A stretch of 64,000 nucleotides of DNA from Cycas panzhihuaensis (lineage: Eukaryota; Plantae; Cycadophyta): positions 188,487,741-188,551,740 of the forward strand of contig CM041465.1 in assembly GCA_023213395.1 (NCBI GenBank), given 5' to 3'. Positions 51,061 through 64,000 of this stretch are shown in pieces. Below the pieces are notes generated by a model. The model searched no databases. It was not told the origin of the DNA and saw only the letters and a list, made by a program, of their open reading frames with translations. Within the stretch, counting starts at the first letter, position 1, and every line of letters begins with the position of its first letter. The position numbers and the translations under genes were made by a program.

Positions 51061-51442
51061 GATTATAAAAGTCATCTACAAAGAGACTGATAAGTAGGTG
51101 ATAGATCAAGGTTAAGATCTAGACATCTAGAAGATCTAAAAAGATAAAATAAAGTAAATTGAAGAATAACATAAATCAAGTTCTTCAAATTAGCAAGTTG
51201 TCGAGCTAAAGACCAAGCTAAAGGAGGAAAAAAATGAGGAGGGGAAATTTAAAGACATTTAGGAGACATAGTCAAAACCTAAGGTCATTCCATCCATTAA
51301 ATTTCCTAAATAGTATATGAAGACCATTGAGCAAGATTAGTTACCTAAGATAAAGGAAAAATAGGAATCAAAGATGAGGCCTTATACTTTGCCACTAGGT
51401 TAGTCTAATAAATTTAGTTGATTATATGAATATTAAGGGGAG

Positions 51443-51850
51443 TGTTTATTAAAACATAATGTTTAATGTGGGTTGATGTATAAATGTTAAGCGACCCCCT
51501 TATCTTTCCTTAACTCTCATAGGAATATTATATTAAGATATTAAGATGTGTGTATGCGTTACACACCAATTCATATAATTACCTATTAAAGGACATATGG
51601 TTTCTTACATATGATTAAACAAGTGTGAGGTAACATGTACTATAATTATATATTCATACTAATGTAATAATTGAATATGATCATTTTCCATAAGTCTTTT
51701 TATATTATGCATATACACATACTTCATTTTTCATTTACTTCTTTATTGTTTTATTATTAATCACCTCATGCTTGCTACATATTTACTTAAATATTTTATC
51801 CTTATAACATTATGATTACAGAGGCAACCCCTAAGTCTTATTTTTTGGCA
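51443..51850 (+). repeat. Copia-type LTR copy 1 (~410 bp)
   Basis: Preceded by PPT TTAAGGGGAG. Homologous to 55071-55477. Followed by PBS-like TGGTTTTGAGC. Confidence 0.82.
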
Positions 51851-52943
51851 TGGTTTTGAGCATGTTTCTAACAAAGACAAGTTGAATCCAAGCCTTTTAT
51901 TTGAGCCTATTTATGAGCCAGTTTAGGAACCTATGAAAGTTCAAGATATGATGAACAACCATTTAAGGAGCCAAACTTGCTTGATATTATAAAGATGTCC
52001 TATCATACTCGTAGTTATTAAATGTAGAGGATACACCAATCAAATGGAGATGTTAAGATGAATATGGCCTCCATTAAACCTACCACCAATGCTCTTTCTT
52101 ATAACCATAGAAAAATCACACAAATGTATGTGATGATAAAGGAGCATGCCAAACGGAATGGAATATTATAGCTTCCATTATGATTCAATGAAGAAATGTC
52201 CATAGTCACTACTCAAGTGCAGAGTTGCCATACAAATGAACAACTTGATAATCATCCAATAATTATAAGTAGACTACATCGTTTTCTATGTTAGGACATC
52301 CATTGAATAGATAACTGAATATGAAGAAGTGGTTAGAGATTGCCTAAGTTAGAGATGCTCCTATTCACATACAATATCTTTCTAGCTGTGAATTCTCTAA
52401 AGCTAAATCTAAGTAAACACTGAAGAGCCAGTGCTAACAAAAATGTAGTGATAATTCCCTTTGAGGATGAGTACATGCCTTTATTTAGCAAGGGCATGTA
52501 CTAGGCATATAAAGATAAAAAATTCATCTAGATTCTTCTCGATAGAAATAGAAGCCCTAAAATCATATCCCAAGACCTCTATATATATGGCTTCTTCAAT
52601 GCTTCAATTAAGATTCCACACTATTAGATTCTATATATTTGATCACGTCTAAAACTATACAAACCATGCCATTATCAGTACCACTAATAAAATTAGAGCA
52701 AATTGAAGTCCACAAAGTTAAATAGAAGTAGTCACCAACTTACAATTTAGGAAACATTATCCCAAAGCTAGTTAGAGAAGGAGGGACCCATAGAGAAGAT
52801 GCCCTAACTACAAATAACTATACAATATATATGGAAGAAAAAATAAAGATTATGATCCATAACTAAATGCCTTATTAAATTACCTCACCAACATTTAATC
52901 ATTCCCTTCACCTTAAAGAAAATTACATTAGAAACACAAGATA

Positions 52944-53139
52944 TTCTTAGATGAATTTTTTGATCACACAAAAAAATTTATAGTTGAAATAATAATATAA
53001 ATTAATTTTGATAAATTTTTAAATCCAACCATAAGCCCCTAATTTTCTTAGATGATTTTTTTGATCATACAAAAAAATTTATAGCTGAAATAATAAAATA
53101 AATTAATTTTGATAAATTTTCAAATCCAACCATAAGCCC
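52944..53139. repeat. 101-bp tandem duplication
   Basis: TTCTTAGATGA...CCAACCATAAGCCCC occurs twice. Confidence 0.92.
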
Positions 53140-55070
53140 ATATCGATTGCTAGATGGTCACATGTAGAGCCCACGTGACTAGGGGCTAAGTAGTAAAGGG
53201 GGTAGACTCTAAAATGAAGTTAACTAATTAAATTTTTTTTTTTTTTTTTTCAAAAAATTTATTTAAAATGTGAATGATTTTTAAAATCTACTAGTAGTTT
53301 CTAAAGGATCACATGCTCTTTCATGGGGCATTGGTACATTTTCTATTATAACTTTTCATAAGGATGTCATATTCAGGTGTTATCAATTGCATTAGATTCA
53401 TTACTTAAGATAGTTGAAACAAGTGGTTGTAAGGCATAGTTCAAAATTTAGAAGCCCAATATTTTAATTAGTAATGATCATGCAAATGTTTAGAACTTCA
53501 TAAAAAGTTCATTTCATGTTAGTTTTTAGATCTATTTTTATATATCCTACAATTCTTTAATGTCCCTAATAGTATGGTAAAGTTAATTCTACATTTGGAT
53601 GTAAGAAGAAATATGTTTAGTTCAACATTAAGAAAAAATTACCAATTTGTGGTAATTTGAAGGCTTATTTTAATAAAAGTTTAGTAAATTATACTCATAT
53701 ATGTTGGACATTAGTTATTCCCCCTCGTATATATTTGTATTTGGTTGAATGTAATCCAAATACAGTAGCCAAAATGGAAAATCACCTAGTTTCATATATT
53801 TTACCTAGTTTATTTGATACATGATCACCATCTACTATTTCTTATCCACCTAGTTATTTGGTAATATGTTAGCTATTGAGATTCTCTAGTTAATATTTGG
53901 TAATTGAGGTTGACCAAAGCTAACAGTTTTTATAGTGTTTGATGTAGCTCCATAAGTGATGATATGAATTCACGTGGAACTTCATATAATCCATAATAGT
54001 TAAATCACGATATTGATCAATGATAGTGAGGTCATGAAGATGTTGATTATGTTAATTGTTGGCATATGAGGATTGTTTTGGTGTGAATTCCTAACCATAC
54101 CAAATAGGCTATCACTTTTTATAAATTAATGTGATGAGATAGTTTTATAAGTTGGTTGATTCATATTTGATCATAATTAACTGTATTTCATTTTAGATTC
54201 CTTGCTTGTAGGAGATAAGTAAGATGGTTACAATTTTCCAAGTTATAGATGATACTTCAGATTCAACTTCTAGTATATAGGTTGACCATGTGCAATCTTA
54301 ATGTTTGAAAATATTAAACATTAAAGAAGGAGTGATGGAATAGGTGATTCCACATAATGCTTAATGTATTAAGGCTCTTCTTTGTTAACATATAAAAATA
54401 GGAGAGGATATTTAAGAAAAGAATTGAACAACATGCTACCATTTCCATATTAAGATGGATACATAAAGATTTAGTTTAATTCATTTTGAGGTTATTAAGA
54501 ACCCTTTTTTATTAAACACTTATAAGAACTTTTTCATATTAATCATATATAATATTTTTCTTATTGGTAATTGTATTATTTTTTAGCAAAAGATGCTTTA
54601 TGAAATTATATTTTATTGTCAGTAAACTTGGAAAGCTCAAACTGTAAGTGATATTTATTTATATCCTTAAAGAAACCACACAAGATGGAGACTTTAAGAT
54701 GAACCCTTCTCATGTACTCTCACATACTAAAGGAAACATAAATTAGTTGTTTTAAATAATAATGGAGCTATTTTAGTACTCAACTTATTTTCCTAGTAGA
54801 TATATTCCTAAAATGAGGTTGATTGATGTTGATTGAATCTTATATCCAAAAGAGGTTCTTATTCAACTAGCAGTCGTAGCAACCAATTACCCATGCATTC
54901 TAGTAGATAGACCTTTCTTCATAAGGAATTTAATATATTTAGTTTGTAACTTATAGATATAATTAGTATAATATAGAGATAATCTTTATTAGATCCAATA
55001 AATTTAAATAAAATAGATGATTTTAGCCTTGATATAATGTTACAAATGTGACATTAAACATTATGTGGGA

Positions 55071-55477
55071 TGTTAAAACATAATGTTTAATATAGATTGG
55101 CATGTTAATGTTAAGTGTCCCTCTTATCTTTCCTTAACTCTAACAGAAATATTATATTAGGATATTAAGATGTGTGCATGGGTTACACATTAATTTATGT
55201 AATTGTCCTATTGGAGGACATATGGGTTCTTATATATGATTTGACAAGTATAAGGTGATATGTACTATGAGTATGTATTTATATTAATGTAATAATTAAA
55301 TATGATCATTTTTCACAAGTTTTTTTTGTATTATGTATCTGTACATACTTTATTTCTTATTTGTTTCTTTATTATTTTATTATTAATCACCTCATGCTTG
55401 CTACATGTTTAGTTTAATATTTTTATCTTTCTAATATTATGATTATAGAAGTAAACTCTAAATCTTATTTTCTGATA
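55071..55477 (+). repeat. Copia-type LTR copy 2
   Basis: TGTTAAAACATAATG... is colinear with copy 1. Followed by TGGTTTCAATC. Confidence 0.82.
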
Positions 55478-55872
55478 TGGTTTCAATCATGATTTTGATA
55501 GTGTTATAATTAATGTTCATGTGAGGACAAAATGAGGTGAGAGTCATCAAGGTTAATGACATGTATCACAAGAGTTACTAAAGTCCTAAATGGACTTTTG
55601 ACAAGTGTCATAGGAGTTATTAGAATCCTAAATTGAGTGGTGACAAGTGTCAAGGTAGTTATAGATTCTTTTATAGATTGTTACTAAACCTAAGTGTATA
55701 TTAAAGATGTAACATATGTAATGTAAACAATAGGTAGAGGAGATCATTTTGAATGAATGAAGATTTTAGCTTATAGGTAGACTAATTATACCTAGTATTT
55801 ATCCTTATCTTTTTTATTTCTTATATACTATTATATATATGTTTTATTCTAATTTTTGATCCCATATTTTAT

Positions 55873-58421
55873 AATTGGACCATAAGTTAAGGACCTACTC
55901 ATAGGGTAACTAGTTAGAATTGTCTCACTGAATAGTGTCCTACCCATGAGTGTGGGAAGCTTAGGGATAACCATATCTAAATATAATTAATCTTAATTCC
56001 CAAGAGGTAAAATATATAATAAGTAATCATTCATATTGGGATAAAAGGTGCTCACTTAATTCTCTCAACTTTATATAGTTAAGATAATCACCCACTTCTA
56101 GACTACTCAAAAAATAACAGAGACTCCTTTCATTGGGTGTAAGACCACCCTCACCATATCAATGATGAAACCTAACAAAACTTAAATAATTGCTCCTTTA
56201 AAATGAGTGAAACTTTAACTTAAAATAAACCTAGATATAAAAAAACATAATACTTAAAGGTAGTTATATGCTTTTCAAATTTTGTGAATATAACAACAAA
56301 ACCTAATTAGATGCAATGAATTATGACTCATAGGCTCATAATGGTGTGCTAAACCTTGGTCTAACTTAAGTCTCTTATTTCTATCAAGAACTTATAATAA
56401 CCCTTATATTATTCCTTCATTCTTTATACCTTTTATGACGTATTTAAACTTGAAATCAAGAAGTGAGAAGGAGAGCAAGAATATACAACCAATACACAAT
56501 CTAGGTAGTAGCCTACCTACTCTTTTCATTTTGCTTTTGTAATGTAAATAGAATGAAAAAATGGAGTAATAGGTTCTACTTTTCCTTTTTCATCCAAAAC
56601 AAAATATATGACAAATTCCTTTCCTCATTTTGATTTGGTGAAGTTAAAATCATAAATGACAAGCAAAAAGGAGAAGGAACTATACCTTTTAGTATGCTTA
56701 TGAAATCTTTTCCTTATATTCATTTTCTTTACCCATTCTTTTACAAGAATCAATGACTAAGAAAATAAACTAAAAGTGCCCATTATCTATCAAGAATGCC
56801 AATCCAATTCCAACAATACTTTTACTTATCAAATTGACCTATGATAGAATAAAGTTTAGATTAGAAATGATGCTACTCAAAGAAATGATTAATAAACAAT
56901 TTCAAACTCATAGAAAGATATACTAAACTGGGTTCAAATGATTAGCATTCTTCCTACCTTATAGAAAACTTTGATTGATGGGAATGGAAATGAGAAATTC
57001 AAGTTATATATGCTTTTCTACTTATAAAGAAATAGGTCTTCAATGGACTCCCAACCTATAAAATTAATTAACAAGTAAGAAGACATACTATCTCATTCAA
57101 AATTAAAGAGTAACAAGAAAATTTAAAGAAGTAAATTCCTCTAAGTAAGTCCAAGTAATAAGAGGGCATTAGAAATGGTAAATCATCATTATAAATGAAC
57201 CTCAAATGGTAAAAATAAGCTTCTAAATCCATTGTTGGGAACCTTTAGAATGGAAAAGAACAGTTAGAGAACCCAAACAAGGAAAAAAGTGGAAATAACT
57301 AAATAAAAATGAGTGAATGAAGTACAAATATAAAGGTAAATAAGTTTAAAACATAGTTGAAAGTGTGTAATATACGTGTAATTCACTATCAAATTAACTT
57401 GATCATAGGTCTTTAGCTCTTATCTTGAAGGTTCAAGATATCAAAAGCTTATAACATCATCTCCTTCCTCTAATGTGAATCTCAAATCATGCAAATCTAA
57501 TCTACAAAGCAAGATAAAGGGTAGGATGAAACTTCTAATTGAAATCGGGTAGTAATTCAACAACACTTCATTCATAAAAAAGATATCCCATTTTAAATGG
57601 AATGGGGGTATTTATTAAAGGCTTCGAAGTGGTTTAAGACCCATAGTTTTGATGAAAACCATAGCTCCAACTTATGGTTTTGTCCATTTGTTTGTTAGTA
57701 AAGAATTAATAAGTTTGTTAGATCCATTATTTTCTTTAAAACTAGATGTTAATACTACATGGTGTTTCACCTAATACTACATGGTGTTTGGTCTAAAGGG
57801 AGGTGGCAGGTTAAGTACTAACTCCATGTCCCTTTCCATGAAGTTTCTCCTAAAAAAATATCATAAAATTTATTAGAAAAGAAAATAAATGCATGTGGGA
57901 GTGGCACCATAATTTTTTTATGGGGCAAGTCTTTTCCCATTTTAATTTTCAAAATGGGGCTTCTATTCCTATTATAAAAACTATAAAATCTTGTTATAAA
58001 AGCTATAATTCCCTATTATAATTTTTATAATAGGACATGACATCCTATTATGAAAATCATAATGAGACTAGGATTCATAATAATGCTAGGTGATTTGTTA
58101 AAAAAAAAAGAAGAAATAATTTCTTCAAGTGCAAAATTGATAGGATTTAAGAAGGAAAAGTGATAAAAGGTGCTAAAGTTATCTAGGATGTGCTAAGGAT
58201 CCATTTCTCATCAAATGTGCCTTAGGTATGTGATTTTTATTTTGCCACCAGTAAATATTAATCATCATAGGCTAGATATGCATACACCTATCACCAAACA
58301 ATAGTAAAAAATTAGTTTGCATGGATGTTAAATCATATAACTAATTGAAAATGTAAATAAGAAATACATACCTACCATATTATGTCATTATGGATGGAAT
58401 AATCTTGATTTTTAGGAAGCA
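55873..58421. mobile_element. Uninterrupted (left-truncated) copy of the old LTR-like repeat
   Basis: Continuous homologue of 1833-2092 joined to 20061-22282. Shows the empty site CATTGGGTGTAAGAC. Confidence 0.82.
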
Positions 58422-59257
58422 CCATTTGGGCCTCATGTTAATATTCTTGAAGTCAAAATACCTCCTATATAAGAATTAGAACTAAAGGAGGCTAGGTTTT
58501 AACCTACTTACAATGTGTAAGGTCCTAAAAAAATAATGAAAAATAATACTAGAGGAGGCCATGAAGACATGCCTTTGATGACTAATGACCCATTAAGCTT
58601 AGGAAGGATCTTGAATTATTCTCTTAATAAGGCATGGGATATTTGCCCTAGGCTCATAGGAGATGGTATCATATTTGAAGAGTGCCATTTGGAGCAATTT
58701 TCTCTTATGCATAAAAAATTAATATCATAGAGATTGATGTGACTATTTGACTATTTATCCATTCTTTTAAGGGGAGGGTAGCTAATTGGTTTGAAACTCC
58801 ATCTTATAGATCAATAAAAAATTAGTAGACTTTTATGACAGCATTTAAACCCAAATATTTTAGTACTAAATCAAATGCCATGTCCACTAAAGAGCTATCT
58901 AATATCTAAAAAGGTCATGGGAAAAAAGTGGTAGCCTTTATTGAGTGTTATAAAATCAATGGACTTGATCCCTCTATGAACTAACTATCTATTAGAAGTG
59001 GCCCTTTCATGAAGTATAAATGGATAAGGATATTATTTTAAGACCATGGTGGATTATTCATTTTGGTTATGTGGCTATTTGAAGGCATTCATAGGCAACA
59101 AAAATTACTAGAGGAGCCCTTACCTTGAACATGACCTTCATTTCATTATTTATTATTAGTTGTATAATATTATTCTTACTTATTTGATATAGTTTTTATA
59201 TTCTTTAATAAAAATAGTTATTTACACTCTATGACAAACCCCTTGGGCTATAATAAG

Positions 59258-59269
59258 TGGTATCAGAAC
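59258..59269 (+). other. Primer-binding site, tRNA-Met (1 mismatch)
   Basis: TGGTATCAGAAC. Confidence 0.8.
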
Positions 59270-59376
59270 CATTTCATTCTAGGGAACTCAACAATCTAAA
59301 AATAAATAAAAGGAAAGAAAGAATAATTAAGGGACCCAATTGCACACGTGACCTAGGGTGCAAAAGGCTATATAAT

Positions 59377-60032
59377 CACTAGTACAAGTATGTGGAATAT
59401 TGTTATGTATTAACAAAAACATGTTCATTAAGTAAGGAGGCATCATTGATGTGACCATAGTAAAAATTCTCTATATCATTACCTTATAAGTATGTGATAA
59501 TCCATTTTGATTTAAGTGGCAAAGTCTAAACTTTATAATGGCATGTCGATATGTATTAACTAGTAATTTTATTATGGGTGCCTTAAATTAACCCTTGAAT
59601 AAAAGAATTGTCATCATAGAGAAATCATATTAAAGCTATCTTCATGCAGAGTCATGCAGAATATATACCAAAGTCAAGTGGAAGCCAAAAGTTGTTAACT
59701 AGTTAAGCACTAGTACAAGCATGTGGAATATTATTGTGTATTAACCAAAAAGATATCCATTAAGTAAGGAGGCATCATTGATATAGCCATAGTGAAAATT
59801 CTCTATATTATTTCCTTATAAGGGTGGGGTGATCCATTTTATTCGAGTGGTAAAGTATAAACTTTATAATGTCATGTTAATATATTTTAGCTAGTAGTTT
59901 TATTATGGGTTCCTTAAATTAACCCTTAACTAAAAGAATTATCATCATAAAGAAAGCATATTAAATTTATCTCCACATAGAGTAATGTAAGGTGTAGACC
60001 AAAGTTAAGTGGAAGCCAAAAATTGTTAACTA
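59377..60032. repeat. ~331-bp tandem duplication in the gypsy leader
   Basis: CACTAGTACAAG...GTGGAAGCCAAAA.TTGTTAACT starts at 59377 and at 59708. Confidence 0.92.
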
Positions 60033-60849
60033 TTAAAATCTATACATTTCTCTCAAAATTTTTATTTTCTAAAGTCTAAAGAGATAATAAACTAGATTAC
60101 AGATATATCCAAGTCTACCCTTTTTGGAAAAACTAGGGATATACGCATAAGTCCTTTCAACTAGGAGTATTTGTTTAAAGGCACTAAGTTATTTTCTTAG
60201 CCCATCATCTTTCAAAGGATACCTATTTATGCTTAATCTATGATATCTTCTTATTGGAGTGTTGGAAAATAGTGACATCTATTTTGTTGGTTTCAATATT
60301 TGAACACCATTTAAAGGAGTATATATATGACTTATTTTAGATCCTTATAGTTGAATAAATTAATACTAGAAGTCAAGTGTAATTATTTTAGAGTGCTCAA
60401 TGAAAGCTAGCTATCAAATTTGTAATGATTAAAATTTGTCCATCTAATTAATAATTTCAATAATCTTATTCTTTTAGTTCCACAATTTCTTTTGTAATAA
60501 AAGAATCATATTAAAAATATTATAGTGCTCTATTATATGATGAATACTAAAAAACAAGGGGAAACTTCCACTTGAAGAGCATAAAGTACTCTCTTGACTC
60601 AAGGAAACATGGCTCAAAGAATTAAGGAACTTACTAAATAAGTTAAGGATCTCCAATAGTATGCACATATCATGATATCACTATATAGGATTTGATAAAA
60701 ACACTATAAGATTTTATAAATAAATTGACTCAAGGCATGTTCTATCTAATAGAGGACATGGGTAAGGTCCTATATATTAAAAGGGAAGAAGACACATCAT
60801 GGTGAGAACATCAAGAAATTAAGGGGGAAATACCATCAAAACATCCCAA

Positions 60850-63800
60850 GGGAATATAAGTCTTAATAATTAAAAATATAAAGGTCCAGTTAGAAGTTTT
60901 TTATCCTAATAAAGGCTAGGAGGTGTGGGCATGGTTAATAAATATACTAACTTATTTCAACATTCACCCATGCTTTAATTGATAAAAGGTTTTTTTTGCA
61001 TCCGTACATTTCAATAACTATGCAGTATATTAGTTTACTTGGTGGCATAAGGATTATAAGAATACCATAATTTTCAACTAGAGCTTATTTAATATTGTAA
61101 TTTGCAAGCAATACAAAGATACTTGGGATAAATATTACCACTCTAGAGCTTATCACCTCTGGTAGCTAGAAATTATCCAATAATATATAAAGAAATTCTA
61201 AAACTTATAGAGCAAGCTATCCAACAATATATATGAGAACCTACTATTAGAAACATGTCTTGGAGGACTCAAACCAAATGTCCACTATAGGCTAAAAGTA
61301 TTAAGGGTTATAAATATCTATTAAGTAATGTTAATAACTAGGAATTTTGTGACTAAATTAAACTCAAATAAATGATATGATTCTAATATTAGAAATAACT
61401 TCAGACCCTAACCAATAACCCCAATAATGAGCTTATTTTAGAAACCATAAGGTCTATCTACTATTTCTAGGTTAAACACCTTAAAAGGGGAACATGATTC
61501 TAATGTAATGAAAATTTGAGTAAGGATCACTAATCTTTTGCTAGGGATACTCAAAAGAAATTATACATGTTGGAGAATGAGTAACTAATAACTAAAGAAC
61601 TATTGGAGGAACCTACTATGGAGGATGAATAAATCACAAAATAATTAGCATTAGAAGATGAAGTTAATAACCTTTAGGTAAAAATTTTATTGTAGGTAAT
61701 AGCATATATTTTGGCATCACCGTAAACATTATGTCTAATAGGGACAATAAAGAATGTAAAGATAATTATCTTAATTGATGGAGGAAACATTCATAATTTT
61801 ATTAATTGAAGGATAACTAAGTAATAAGAACTTTAAATAACCCCACTAAAGTAATTCTAAGTAGTTATAACTAGTGGGAAGATAATACCATATGGGAGAT
61901 TTTCTCAAAAGATTTCTTTAACAATGCATGAATATACATTATAATTTATAATGTTCACTATACCTATAGGTGATGTTGATATAGTTTTAGGGGTTCAATG
62001 GTTACAAATCCTAAGATCAATCATGATAAACTATAATAAGGTATTTATGAAGTTCTGGAGAAAAGGGAAGAAATATGTATTACAAGCTTTATCGTCACCC
62101 CTAAATCAAGAGATCTCTTCATATCAAATGGAGAAATTTTGATAAAAGGAGCTTTAAGGTATGTACTTAATTATTTTTCAATCATAGTGATAGAAAAATA
62201 AGATATCTCTTTAGAGATGAGTACACTAATATAGGAATATAACAAAGTTCATGAAGAGTTACCAAAGGAGTTATTGCTTAATAGAGGACTGAAGAATGAC
62301 ATTAAGCTTCAACTCAATATGAACCCAATTAATGTTTAGCCATACCAACACCCACATCATCATAAGACTATCATGGAAAAGCTAACTTGGGAGCTATTAG
62401 ATGAGGAAAAATAATAGCTAGAAAATGTCCTTTCATAGAAATAGTCATTATGGTTCTAAAAATAGGTGGATCTTATAGAATGTATGTTGATTATAGTCCT
62501 CTTAATAAGGATACTATAGAAAATCAATTTCTATACTATGAATTAAAGGTCATACCGTTTAGACTAATAAATATGCTAATGAAATTTCAAGCTACTATGA
62601 ATAAGGTACCGCATCCTTATCTCAGGAAATTCATCTTACTCTTTTTTAATGATATTCTAATTTATAGTAAGGCTTGGATAAGCACCTAGAACATGTCATA
62701 CAAGTAATCCAAACATTATGAGATAATTTTCTATTCTCTAATAAGGTAATGCACACATTCAAGGTAGAAGAAGTAGAACACTAGAGTCATGCAATAACCT
62801 AAGAAGGTGTGAAAATAGATCCAAGTAATATTAAAATGACCTAGTCCCAAAACTATATCAAAATTAAAAGGCTTTCTAGGAGCATTAAGATTCTACAAGA
62901 GATTCACTAAGGGATATTGATGTATAATAACACTCCTTTAGATTCAACAAAAAGGATGCTTTGAAATGGAATGAGTAAGCAGACAAATCATTTAATGATC
63001 TTAAGAATTTAATAACTACCCCATTATAATGTTAAATTTCAAACAATAGTTTATTATGGAGTATGATGCCTCTGGAGATGGATTAGGGGATATAATAATA
63101 TAAAATGATTGACCCATTACATAAGAAAGTCATAAGTTTAAAGGAAAGGAGAAATCATGCCATATCTATAAAAAAGAAATGCTAATTATTATTTGAATAA
63201 TTATAAAAGGGTATCAACACTTAATTGACAACAAATTGATAATCAAGATTAATCATGATATCCTTAAGTACTCCAAAATACAACCATACTTTTCAAAGTA
63301 ATAACAAAAATGAGTCAACAAGTTACAAGATTTTAATTTTAAATAGTTTATAAAAGGGGAAAATAAAATGTGGTCACAGATGCTCTATCTAGTAGAGATG
63401 AGGATATCACTTTTTAAGCTATGTCTATGTTAGGTTTTATATGGATCACTTAGGTACAATAAGAAAATGCATTAGACCCACATACATATAAGATCATTTA
63501 ACAAGTCAAGAACTCTTTAAATTAAAATAAAAAGTTCAAGTGGAAAAATGACATCTTATAACATAAGGATTGAATCTATATTTCTCCCACTTCAACATTA
63601 AAAAATGCAATCCTTTAAGGGTGTTATTCTACCCTCATGGCTGGTCATATAGTGATAGATAAAACTTATAGAAATATTAAATAATTATTCTTTTAGAATA
63701 ATTTTAAAAGATATATACATTAGTATGTGATAGAATATAATACCTACCAAAAGAACAAATCTAAAATAATCAAGATGCCATGCCTTCTTTACCCACTACA

Positions 63801-63930
63801 TATTCCTAAAAGAAAATGGGAAGATATATCTATGGATTTCATCATAGGCTTATTATATTTGAATGGTAAGAATTTGATATTTTTGATTATTAATAAGCTT
63901 ATGAAATACACTTATTTTAGAGGAATACTA
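60850..63930 (+). pseudogene. gag-pol: Gypsy gag-pol
   Basis: Gag VWAWL...TYF...FTWW. Protease ILIDGGNIHNFI and DVDIVLGVQWL. RT SYRMYVDY and LFFNDILIYSK. RH YDASGDGLG. INT LYPLHIPKRKWEDISMDFIIGL. Confidence 0.9.
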
Positions 63931-64000
63931 AATGTAAATGAGTAGGGAGAGAGGATGAACAAACTCAACTCAACAACGAACATCTTAGGCATAGGGGGAC

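Larger units (their letters stand above)
58516..63932 (+). mobile_element. Decayed Ty3/gypsy (chromovirus-like) element: probable 5' LTR ~58516-59255, PBS, gag-pol broken inside integrase
   Basis: PBS TGGTATCAGAAC at 59258. gag, PR, RT, RH and INT motifs in order. LTR start is tentative because there is no partner. Confidence 0.8.

Noticed and set aside
52200-54400. DNA transposon or host-gene exons
   Set aside because: No transposase motifs, TIR pair or recognisable protein in the frames I read.
55500-55870. Small solo LTR
   Set aside because: LTR-like composition, but termini are degenerate and there is no TSD or partner.

Overview
AT-rich, plant-type heterochromatic window made almost entirely of nested, decayed LTR retrotransposons. 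A large-genome gymnosperm-like host is inferred from element types only. I found no intact host gene, RNA gene or CRISPR array. Main components: (A) an ~18-kb Ty3/gypsy Tat-like element on the minus strand (2093-20055). It has 3.1-3.4-kb LTRs, a solo LTR inside its integrase, and a 3' region holding a stand-alone archaeal-type RNase H ORF head-to-head with an antisense Plant Mobile Domain (PMD) ORF. A is inserted into an older LTR whose uninterrupted copy is at 55873-58421. (B) A gag+integrase-only chromovirus-like element (24470-29185). (C) Remnants of one or more further Tat-like elements with a second PMD ORF (29288-35830, 43510-49950). (D) A full-length Ty1/copia element with perfect ATTAT TSD and ~5% LTR divergence (35834-43504, the youngest datable insertion). 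(E) A copia fragment followed by two chained LTRs (49960-55490). (F) A decayed gypsy element running almost to the window end. The long ORFs at 23058-23778 are microsatellite artefacts. All recognisable retroelement coding regions are pseudogenised. Coordinates and identities were read by eye.
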